A stretch of 63,097 bases of DNA, the filler included, from Chiloscyllium plagiosum (Eukaryota), in NCBI RefSeq assembly GCF_004010195.1. It is 7 parts of 7 records of this genome, joined end to end, with 100 filler letters (N's around TTAATTAATTAA, not from the genome) between each part and the next. Parts side by side here need not be neighbours in the genome. Positions count along the whole stretch, not along the records: positions 28,676 to 44,181 come from NW_025208907.1; positions 44,282 to 47,108 come from NW_025185232.1; positions 47,209 to 50,130 come from NW_025186190.1; 4 more parts are not named here. The stretch is one strand, 5' to 3'. Made by a program: the position numbers and the translations under genes. The notes beneath the pieces are model-generated. The model ran no database searches. It saw only the letters and a list, made by a program, of their open reading frames with translations, and was not told the DNA's origin. This document shows, piece by piece, positions 40,154-50,230 of this stretch (within the stretch, counting starts at the first letter, position 1; the number at the start of each line of letters is the position of its first letter).

Positions 40154-40269
40154 CTGTGATGGGAAAGGGTGAAAACACAAACAATAGACAGACACTGAAT
40201 GGAATGGGAGAGCGGTTTCATAGATCAGTGAGGTTAGATCGGAACATGGAACAGAACTGAAATACATAC

Positions 40270-40545
40270 CTTTCCTTCCAAAATACTGCTTTCCAGCTTC
40301 CAGATATCTGTTTAAATCCTGAACAAACCCTTGCTCTAGATGTGTTTCCCAATATTTGTTCCAGGATTCATCAGCATTCCATTTCTCTTTAGTCTTCACT
40401 GCATTGTGATTGGTTGCGATCCATCTCATTCTATCTGGATCTAAGCTGAGATAATCCTTTCCATCAAATCCAACTCGCATCGATCTCTTAATATCGCCGT
40501 CGTCAGTGATTTCAACAATTGTTATCCATTGAAATGTGTGAATTT
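40270..40545 (-). pseudogene. Nonclassical MHC class I, alpha-2 exon (acceptor GG in place of AG)
   Basis: Canonical 276-bp length. IHTFQW...GFDGKDYLSLD...AVKTKEKW...RYLEAGK. GTATGT donor; the acceptor position 40546-40547 reads GG. Confidence 0.9.
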
Positions 40546-40672
40546 CCATCGGTGACCAAACAGGAAATAATATTAAATTTTTTGCAAATAAATGACAACC
40601 TGCCTGATCTGAGGGGAGGGTAATCTAGTATCAAATAGAATTAGGAATTATAGTCCATTAATGAATGATATC

Positions 40673-41520
40673 AGGGGATTAGTGCTGGGAGACGGACTGA
40701 GTGGGGTGATCCAGGGGTCAGTGCTAGGGGATGGACTGAGTGGAGTGACCCAGGGGTCAGTGCTGGGGGATGGACTGAGTGGGGTGATCCAGGGGTCAGT
40801 GCTAGGGGATGGACTGAGTGGAGTGACCGAGGGGTCAGTGCTGGGGGATGGACTGAGTGGAGTGACCGAGGGGTCAGTGCTGGGGGATGGACTGAGTGGA
40901 GTGACCCAGGGGTCAGTGCTGGGGGATAGACTGAGTGTAGTGACCCAGGGGTCAGTGCTGGGGGATGGACTGAGTAGAGTGACCGAGTGGGCAATGCTGG
41001 GGGATGGACTGAGTAGAGTGACCGAGTGGGCAATGCTGGGGGATGGACTGAGTAGAGTGACCGAGTGGGCAATGCTGGGGGATGGACTAAGTGGAGTGAC
41101 CCAGGGTTCAGTGCTGGGAGATGGACTGAGTGGAGTGACCCAGGGGTCAGTACTGGGGGGACTGAGTGGAGTGACCCAGGGGTCAGTGCTGGGAGATGGA
41201 CTGAGTGGAGTGACCCAGGGGTCAGTGCTGGGGGATGGACTGAGTGGAGTGACCCACGGGTCAGTGCTGGGAGACGGACTGAGTGGGGTGAACAAGAGGT
41301 GAGTGCTGGAGTATGTACTTAATCATCTTCACTGCCTTATCTGCCTTCACTGACCCAGGGGTCAGTGCTGGGGGATGGACTGAGAGGAGTGACCCAGGGG
41401 TCAGTGCTGGGGGATGGACTGAGTGGAGTGACCCACGGGTCAGTGCTGGGAGACGGACTGAGTGGGGTGAACAAGAGGTGAGTGCTGGAGTATGTACTTG
41501 ATCATCTTCACTGCCTTATC
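40673..41520. repeat. 39-bp G-rich minisatellite in the class I alpha-1/alpha-2 intron
   Basis: Unit GGGGTCAGTGCTGGGGGATGGACTGAGTGGAGTGACCCA, roughly 19 copies, plus a duplicated terminal block. It accounts for the 13-aa periodic ORFs. Confidence 0.95.
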
Positions 41521-42371
41521 TCTCTTAGTTATTTTCTACAGAACCTCTCATTGTCCTCTCACACTGCCTGCTGGATTCATATTGTCCATTCAGTAATACA
41601 GGAGAAGATCAATGCCCCCCCGCCCACCTTATGTATGAACAGACATTGAGACCCAGTGAGATAACAGGAATTCTCCAACAAGCTGCTTGTTCCTGGAGGA
41701 TCACACCCATCTCCGCAGATTCCCACTCACTCAATCGTAAACCATCTCCTGATCTTCATTATTATGACACAACTTAATAAATTTCTCACATCAGAATAGA
41801 CAGAAAGAACAGAGTACCACTCTGCATACCTCTGGTTCACACAGTGTCACATATGGAATGTACAAGTGTTACAGGGAACAGTGTAACTCGGGCTCAGTAC
41901 CTGCCTGTCACTCATCGGAAAGAACAAATAAAATTAAACTTGTTTTTAAAAAGCAAGTTTCTTGATCTCTAGGAATGCTGAAGTGTGATGTAATTCATTA
42001 CCTTTAGTAATTGTTTTAAAAGGAGGCAATGTGGGAGATAATTTGCACACAGGAAGGCTCCTACATACTTGCAAATGATGAAAATTTAAGTTTGATACTG
42101 ACCAGGGTGTTGGGGATAACTTCCCTGCTCTTCTTCAAAGGTTCATCTACATAAAGTCAACGGAGACTCTGTTCAGCATTTCATCTGACAGACAGCAACT
42201 TCAACAGCACAGCATTCTGTACAGCCTGAACTGGCATGTTCAGTGTAATTGCTGTGTTTATGCCCTGGGGTAGAGCTTTGTACCTACAACCTTCTGATGC
42301 AGAACCCAGAGGGACACCACCTACACCACAGTCAACATTACCACTCAGAAATTCCACATCACCGATCTTAC

Positions 42372-42634
42372 CAGATGTCTGGTTTGTACTTTTCATCATT
42401 GTATTCAGATTCTCCTTTGCCATGTCTGATCGTGTATTCCCGAGACCTGTGAGATATTGCCTGTATTCTGCATCAAAATAGTCCACCATGAACTGCTGTC
42501 TGGGGACCATCCGACGAACATTAGTGTCATGATAATTGAGTTGAACTCCTTTGACTATCGCAATGTTAGTCACCTCTGGAAAATCCTTAATGCCAGAGAC
42601 TGCCGTGTAGATCACAGTCAGTGAGTCGGTTTGT
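42372..42634 (-). pseudogene. Nonclassical MHC class I, alpha-1 exon
   Basis: TDSLTVIYTAVSGIKDFPE...YHDTNVRRMVPRQQFM...STNQTSG. ttgcag acceptor and GTAAG donor. 263 bp, one base short of a phase-1/1 exon. Confidence 0.85.
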
Positions 42635-42729
42635 CTGCAAATATCAGTTAAAGAAGGGGTTAATAAACATCTACACAGTACTGAAGACTTATGCCCCAGA
42701 AATTCCTACACACCTAACCAAGATGTTCC

Positions 42730-43880
42730 AGTACAGCTCCAACACCAGCCTCAATTTGACAATGTGGAAAATTGCTCAGGCATGACCTGTACACAAAAAC
42801 GCAGACAAATCCAACCCAGTGAATTAACCGCCCCCATCAGCCTACTCTTGATCATCAGTAAACTGATGGAAAGTGTCATCAATTAGCAATAATCTGCTCA
42901 GTGACACCCAGTTTAACTTCTCCTGGGGCCACTGAGTTCCTGACCTCGTTATGGACTTGGTTCAAACATGGACAAAAAAGCTGAATTCCAGAGGGCTAGC
43001 AAGAGTGGCAGCCCTGGATATCAAGGCCACATTTGACCAAGTGTGGCATCAAGGAGTCCTGGCAAAACTGGAATCAGTGGGAATCAGGGGGAAAACTTTC
43101 TGCCGGTTGGAGTCATACCTGGCACAGGAGAAGATGGTTGTAGTTGTTGAAGGTCAGGCATCTCAGCTCCAGGACATCACTACAAGAGCCCCTCAGAGAC
43201 CTTCTCTCCAGTATAAGGTCAGAAATAGGGATGTTCACTGATGATTGCACCACGTTCAGCATTGTTTGTGATTCCTCGGGTACTGAAACCATCCATTTCC
43301 AAATGCAGCAACACCTGGGCAATATTCAGGAAGAGCTTATGCTCAAACCATTAACTCTTCTGCTCCTCAGATGCTGCGTGACCTGCTGTGCTTTTCCAGT
43401 GCCACACTTGTGACAATATTCAGGCTTCGGCTAGTAAGTGGCGAGTTATACTGGCAGCACACACAGGCCTCATGTACTGACCAACTGAAACAGGTGAGAA
43501 TGTGACTATCTCCCTTTGACATTCAATGGTGTTGTAATCACTGAGTGTCCAGAAACTGAAGTGGATGAACCACATGTATACTGTATGCAAGAGCAGGTCA
43601 GATGTTGGGAATTCTGCAGTGAGTAACTGCTGATTCACGGCCTGCTTAATTGTTAGCCCATCTACAACACTCACTCCTTACATTACTGACACACAGCAGT
43701 GTGTACCATCTCCAAGCGCCTGACAGTACCTTCCAAACCTATGACATCTATCTTGGAGGAGGACAACAGCAACAGATGCAAGAGTACACTAACCACTGGA
43801 AATTCCCCTCCAGGCCACACACCATCATTTGGAAATATATCACTATTCCATTACTTTTGTTGTTTCATAATCCTGGAGCT
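42730..43880 (+). mobile_element. Old CR1/L2-group LINE RT fragment
   Basis: VAALDIKATFDQVWHQGVLAKL...MFTDDCT. Confidence 0.75.
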
Positions 43881-44451
43881 GCCTGTTTAACCTGGAACAG
43901 TGACCTGGAATAAAGTGAAGAAAGACATTGAGGAAACCTTCCTGACCGCGGAGCATCTGGAGTGAGGAATTCAGGATAACCCAAGGGCAGGTTTGTGCTT
44001 TATCGCTATAACCAGGAAAGATGTGAAGTGAGTGAATCCGGATTGAAATGAAGAGAAACGGGAATATTGGGAGGATGAAGTGTGAGACCATGGGGGACAG
44101 TCACTCTGTGAACAGTCTCTCTGTCAAACAGGGGGATGGCCATTAAGATGTTGGTAAAAACAATGACTGCAGATGCTGGAANNNNNNNNNNNNNNNNNNN
44201 NNNNNNNNNNNNNNNNNNNNNNNNNTTAATTAATTAANNNNNNNNNNNNNNNNNNNNNNNNNNNNNNNNNNNNNNNNNNNNACGAAAGTACAGAGAACTT
44301 GAATCCATTCGGCCAATCAATCACCTCACTGACTCTGCCTGCAAGTCAACTCCATTCCTATCTAGTAATACGGTGCAGGTTACGATCGGATCTCCCAGAA
44401 TAAACTGTCATTCCCCAGCATCAAAAACCATCAGCTCCCGGCTAGGGAAAG

Positions 44452-44494
44452 ATGGGTGCCCTCCTTGGTTTGATCCTGTGTCTCTGTTTACCCT
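44452..44494 (+). CDS. Leader exon of NAR-TCR-like V
   Basis: MGALLGLILCLCLP plus T, then GTGAGT; phase 1. Confidence 0.85.
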
Positions 44495-44644
44495 GTGAGT
44501 ACCAATCACAGAAAGCAACATGGTGTGAATGAAAAACTACGTTCTTGCTCGAGTTCGTCTGAATTACAGGCACGGTCTGGGGTTTGAACCGCGTTGTGTG
44601 CGTCAGATCTATTGCCCACTTACCTCTCTTTGTTTAATTTGCAG

Positions 44645-44938
44645 GTTTGTTCAGTCAGTCAGTGACACAAAGTCCTTTAAATGTTTCCAAGAACGAGTGT
44701 GACTCCCTCACCATCACCTGTACTTTTAATGAATATCATTGGTTTTACACTATTGCTTTTGTGAGTGGGCAATTCTTCAAACAAACGCAGACAGCGACAA
44801 AATGGGAGCGGATCTCCGGCGGCGGGAGATTTGTTCTGTCCACGGATAAAGCTCAAAAGACATTTTCGTTGGAAATTCGGGATATCAGAGTTGAAGACAC
44901 CGCCACCTATTACTGTAAAGCTCGATACAAGTACCATG
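44645..44938 (+). CDS. Germline NAR-TCR-like (VNAR-related) V segment
   Basis: ttgcag acceptor and open frame QSVTQSPLNVSKNECDSLTITC...FFKQ...ERISGGGRFVLSTDKAQKTFSLEI...EDTATYYCKA. It has a VNAR-type FR2/CDR2 deletion, a YYCKA ending and an extra FR1 Cys. Confidence 0.85.
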
Positions 44939-44977
44939 CACAATGTGATGGCCTCCGCTTCCCGTCGCTCAAAAACT
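44939..44977 (+). other. 23-RSS of the NAR-TCR-like V
   Basis: CACAATG - 23 bp - TCAAAAACT. Confidence 0.9.
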
Positions 44978-45293
44978 CTCACAGGAGATTATTCCAGAAA
45001 TAAATTGAAAACCCAGCCAATCTGCCCAGAAATTCGCACAGCTCTGCCTTTTAATTTCTGCCCCGTAGTCCAATTTACATTTCTACTGGATTATTGTCAA
45101 TAACAAGATGAGTTTCACAGATACCAAGTGTGTTTGGATGTGTGTCTTTTGTCGGGATTTCTGTGGCTGAATGGAAGTTAGGAATGATTGATCACAATTA
45201 CAAGATATTGACACGAGTCGCAATCCTATTCTAACAGCTGGAGTCAGGAATTACAGTCCACCTGTCAAGTCCCAAATCTCAACTGGCCCTGGA

Positions 45294-45364
45294 AAGTTTT
45301 AAACTGATTTGTAACATTGTGTCACTTTGGAACAGACACAATGAAAGGAACTTAACCAAATACC
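45294..45364 (+). other. D segment (TCACTTTGGAACAGA, 45322-45336) with 12-RSS on both sides
   Basis: AAGTTTTAA -12- CATTGTG [D] CACAATG -12- CCAAATACC. The 5' nonamer is weak. Confidence 0.75.
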
Positions 45365-45675
45365 TCTGTGCGATTTTAATACAATTTCTCCAGCGCCAAT
45401 TGTCAATCGTCGGCTTGAAGTTCCCTTCACTGTAATATAAGTTGATATTTTTACTCACTCGAGCAAGCACTAATTTCTTTGTTAGGTTCTTCTCTGCTTA
45501 TATGAAGAGAACACTTGACTCCCACGTTAATGTGCCATTTGACAAAAGACCAGGAAATTAACTTGAGCCAAAGGAAACTTGGACACAAGGAATATTGCCA
45601 ATTTATCTAAATGCACTGAATAGTTAGAGTGCTCAATAGCGCGCTGATGATTTCTAGACTCTTTGAAATACCGTT

Positions 45676-45774
45676 GGTTCTTGTACAGGGGAGACTAAGA
45701 GGAGTATTGCTGTGGTATTATGACTATGTCGATGGATCCGGGACGGTGGTGACGGTCACACCTGGTAAGTTACT
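45676..45774 (+). CDS. J segment (45715-45774) with upstream 23-RSS
   Basis: GGTTCTTGT -23- TGCTGTG, then YYDYVDGSGTVVTVTP plus G and GTAAGT. DGxGT resembles IgNAR-type J rather than FGxG or WGxG. Confidence 0.88.
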
Positions 45775-48614
45775 CTACACTCTGACTCGTTATCGACTAT
45801 CTTCACTAATGTTCGGTTTAATATTTTGAACTTCAGTTGCAAAGAAATTCAAAACAAACCTTTTGGAAGTAACTTGTTGTAACATTTTCCAAATTTTTGG
45901 GAGAATAACGAACTCGAGTCCTGATTTTCCCAAAAGAATCGAGGTTGTGGTATTGAAAAATTACATCGATGTTTCGGGCATGAGCCTTTCATCGTCGATG
46001 TCCCTGCTCTTCTGATGCTTCCTGACTTGCTGTGCTTTTCCAGCACCGCGCTCTCGATTCTGATCTCCAGCATCTGCAGTCCTCACTTTCTCCTCCTTTA
46101 CCAAAAGAATATATGTATCGAAATCTGTCCTGGGTCGGTGGTTTCGCTGATCTGGAGTATTTTTCGCATGTCAAAGTTGGGGTCACACCAGTATGGTAGA
46201 AAGTGTGGAAACTGAGAACACGGACAACACGAGGTAACTCCAGGAATTACCTGTGGCTGGTGATAGGAATTATTGTCTTTTTTATTTCTTTCCATTGCAT
46301 ACATATGTGTCTGTATACAATGAACCATTTCCCCAGTTTTCCAACCTCACACTTAAATTTGGAATTGTAAACACTTTTCGTCAATGTAGCCCTTTTGAAA
46401 TTTAAGTTTACTATATTTTAGCTGCATAAGGGTACAGATTCAAATTTGGCGTTTGCTCATTTAAAACCAGCAAGAAATGATTCCTCAAAAGGAAAACGCT
46501 TCGGTGACAATTTCCACGACATCGTCGAAGGTTTAACCCTGACAAAAATATTTGGTGAGTTTTATATTGTGAAGGACCGGTCTGATGGATTAATGTTTCC
46601 TCTCCAATTGGTTTGTTTTGGAGCAAGTGCAGCTCTGATTCATCATACCGTCTCCGTCAGCTACATTCCATCGCGGTTAAAATAAAGAAAAGTCATCTAA
46701 TTTGAACATATAGAATTGTTACAGGATAGACATCCAGTGCAATATACTCTGGGCTGAAAAGTCTACACAATCGTCACAGTTTGAGATTAAGGTCTCAGTT
46801 ACTAGCACCGCCACAAGGAGAAATAATTCAATCAAGACATTTCCTTTAATATGCAGCATTCGGTTCCTCATAAAGGTTTGGAGGCCCAAAATTGAATGTT
46901 TTCGCCAGGTCTCTTTTCTCTGAGAAGCAGAGAAGGAGAAGGTAACTTCTTACAAATCATATATACCATGACGCAGTTAATGGGGTGGATGAGATACAAC
47001 TCAGAGCAATGGTCCATTAATATATCATGCTTACCAATAGAATAAACTAAATCATGAATGTGAAGATGAAGTGCTAGCGAAATGCGGAATATTCCTCCAA
47101 ACAGAGTANNNNNNNNNNNNNNNNNNNNNNNNNNNNNNNNNNNNNNNNNNNNTTAATTAATTAANNNNNNNNNNNNNNNNNNNNNNNNNNNNNNNNNNNN
47201 NNNNNNNNTATATCACGTCAGGCTCACGGAGCTTAACAAAAACTCAACTCTTTGGGCATTGTTTTAAATTTGTGGCATGGTGGCTCAGTGGTTAGCCGGC
47301 TAACTCACAGCACCAGGGACCCAGGTTCGATTTCAGCCTCAGGTCTTTGTGGAGTTAGCACGCTCCCCCTGTGTCTGTGTGGACTTCCTCTGTGTGCTCC
47401 AGTTTCCTCCCACAATCCAAAGATGTGCAGGTTAGGTGAATTGGCCATGTTACAATTGTCACAGTGTTCAGGAATGTGTCGGTCAGGGGAAATGTCGAGT
47501 GATAGGGCAGGGGAATGGGTCTTGGGGAGTTTCTCTTCAGTGGGTCGGTGTGGACTTGTTGGACCAAATTGGTGATGTCTGTAATTAAATCTTTCAAACC
47601 AATCATTTTGTCTAGTGTCGTTTAGTTCTTGCACTCCTTGTTCGATAAATGTTTCATTTTTTCTGATAATATGAGTTCCCTGATGAGCTGTTAACCATGT
47701 CCAATCAGGGAGTCCTGGCTGACAGATAAAAAGGGGAGTGTCAGAAGGACTGATACTCTGGGACCTGACTCTGAATAACAACCTGCCAACCAACGCCCTC
47801 CTTCTGTCACCCTCAATCTCCCCATGCTTACTCTTGTGGCCCCGTCGATCCAGCCTGTGCTGCCTTTGGGAGAGATTGACCTTCCCTCCATTCCTGATGA
47901 AGAGCTTATGCCCAAAATATTGATTATCCTGCTCCTCGGATGCTGCCTGACCTGCTGTGGTTTCCCAACAACACACTCTCAACTCTGATTTCCAACATCT
48001 TCAGTCCTCACTTTCCCCTTCCCCCCACTCGCTCATTACAAACAGAAATGACTGGTGGTGAGTTTAACCCTGAGGGTCATCACAGCTGAGGCAGAGGGAG
48101 AGAAGGTCACACCTTCATGGTGGTAGCACCCTTAATTAATCCACTGCAATCACTCTCGGGGCTGCAAGAATTCAACCTCCCTCACTCAGACAGCTCCCTC
48201 CCTGTAAGGTAATATTGCTGCACCTGGTTTAGGGCTAATTGACCATTGAAATACGACTATTGCTAGCCAGCACTGGCTGGGCAGACAACCACAACTGCAA
48301 TGACCCCGGATCCTTGTAATTGGGGAGCACATTAGGAACTACAGAGTGCACTGCCTCTGAAATCTCTCGCTTACTGAGAACACACTCTCAGTATTCACCT
48401 TTCTCAGCTGCCATCTCAATTTCATGACAAATTCTGTGAACTATGATCCTGCCCCACTAGCTGCCTGATGAAGGAGCAGTGCTCCGAAAGCTTGTACTTC
48501 CAAAGAAACCTGTTGGACTATAACCTGGTGTTGTGCAATTTTTAACTTTGGCCACCTCAATGAGCTGCCATCTCAGGCTAAATTGTTTTTCATCTGAGAT
48601 TTGAGAAGATTAAG

Positions 48615-48920
48615 GCCTAATCTTCAATCCCCATCACAAAGCCTATTCTCTATCCATCACTTAGAGACACCTGCAGGCAACACAGAGTAACACACTGACA
48701 CTCAGTGAGATACCTACAGGCAGTGCAGAATAACACACACACACTCAGAGACACACCTACAGGCAACACTGAGTTAACACACACAGAGTCAGGCAGCACT
48801 GAGTAACATGTTCACAACCCTAGCTGCCTGTAGGTGTCTCTTTGAATAATACACCCACACTCAGAGTGACACCTACAGGCAGCATTATGTAGTACACTCA
48901 CTCAGAGAGACACAGTCTGC
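48615..48920. repeat. Degenerate tandem repeat (cacctacaggca...taacacac...ctcag), one unit inverted
   Basis: Recurring acacctacaggcag/caac motif at about 40-45 bp spacing; reverse-oriented copy at about 48823-48840. Confidence 0.6.
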
Positions 48921-49811
48921 AGTGTCAGTGATTGGCCTCAGATCGTTTCAAGTACAACACAGCATGAAGCAGAGAGTGCACAGTGCGATCCCAGCACCTG
49001 AGTTTGGACCAGAGAGTGAGCACAGAATGCCTCAGATTGTAATTATTGAATCCCAACAGCTTTCAGTTTCTATTCTGTTTGGAATCTTGTTATCTCCACA
49101 GATTCCGGACCAACTGGATTATTTGAAACTGATTGCTGATTGGCTGTCAGTATCATCTACCACGGATTGACAGGCCACGTAGCCAATTGTGACAATGTCA
49201 TGCTGACATGCAGCTAATCAGCTGAATGGAGTGGTCCATTTCCAAAGCACACAGAGACAGAGACTGAATCTTCATCATCTTTATTCCCTTTTCCAGATTG
49301 ACATTGACAGAAAACAGACTGCAGTTAACAGCCCAGACAGAGGAAGCTGTACAAAATAACAGCTACAATGCCTTTTGAGGAAAACACTTGTGGAGATTTT
49401 CTCAATAACCTGAGAATCCTGCCCTTCAAATAGTGACAAAAACCTTAAATTGGAACTGGCTGCTGAGCAGGAAGGAGATCTGATTTATTGAAGCAGAAAT
49501 TTCGAAGGTTCACATTGTTTTGTACAGCTGACAGCCTTCAGCAACTTCAAGAGATTTTACTTGGCATCACAAATCAACCCTGTCCCAATCAAACAGTCCC
49601 AGAATAGGGAGAGCATGAGGTTTGACACAGCATAAAGCTCTATCTCCACTGTCCCAATGAACTACCTTTACTCCTGAACCTCAGAAGTGTCCCTGAGCCA
49701 GTCCTGAGATGGAAGAGAGTTGAAATTCAGTGCTGACAATGATATTTGTCCTGCCAGTTCAGCCCTGTTCTGTTTAAAGTTGTGTCTCCTCTGTGGACTG
49801 TCTCAAACACT

Positions 49812-50125
49812 CTACACACATTCTGATCTCCTGATGCTCTTGCTGAGGGGAGAGGGGAGGGTCACGTGGGTGAGGGCACAGGAGAAGCGAGCGTTGGACT
49901 CCCAGTCAGACCCAGAGAGGGTCAGCAGGCTGCTGACACTGTAGGTGCTGTCCGAAGCTCGCAGGTAGTTGCTGGTCTGAAATGACTGCACCATCCTTCT
50001 TCCACTGCACCTCCAGCTCATCGGGATAGAAGTGATTGGCAAGGCACACCAGGGTGGCAGTGGTCTTGGCATTGACCTGCTCCGGGGAGGGGGGAAGGCA
50101 GGGTCAGCTTGAGAGTTCTCACGGC
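49812..50125 (-). pseudogene. IGKC: Ig light-chain constant exon, kappa (shark NS4) type, frameshifted
   Basis: ttcag acceptor; PPSPEQV.AK.TATLVCLANHFYPDELEVQWKKDG / QTSNYLRASDSTYSVSSLLTL...FSCALTHVTL...RSECV*. Frame breaks near 50100-50110 and 49980. AATAAA on minus at 49280-49285. Confidence 0.85.
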
Positions 50126-50230
50126 CTGAANNNNNNNNNNNNNNNNNNNNNNNNNNNNNNNNNNNNNNNNNNNNTTAATTAATTAANNNNNNNNNNNNNN
50201 NNNNNNNNNNNNNNNNNNNNNNNNNNNNNN

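Noticed and set aside
40648-41302. 215-aa and 213-aa mucin-like or Gly-rich ORFs
   Set aside because: By-products of a 39-bp intronic minisatellite that is open on both strands.
43843-44091. Minus-strand ORF as the class I leader exon
   Set aside because: No signal-peptide pattern with a good phase-1 donor; probably intron sequence.
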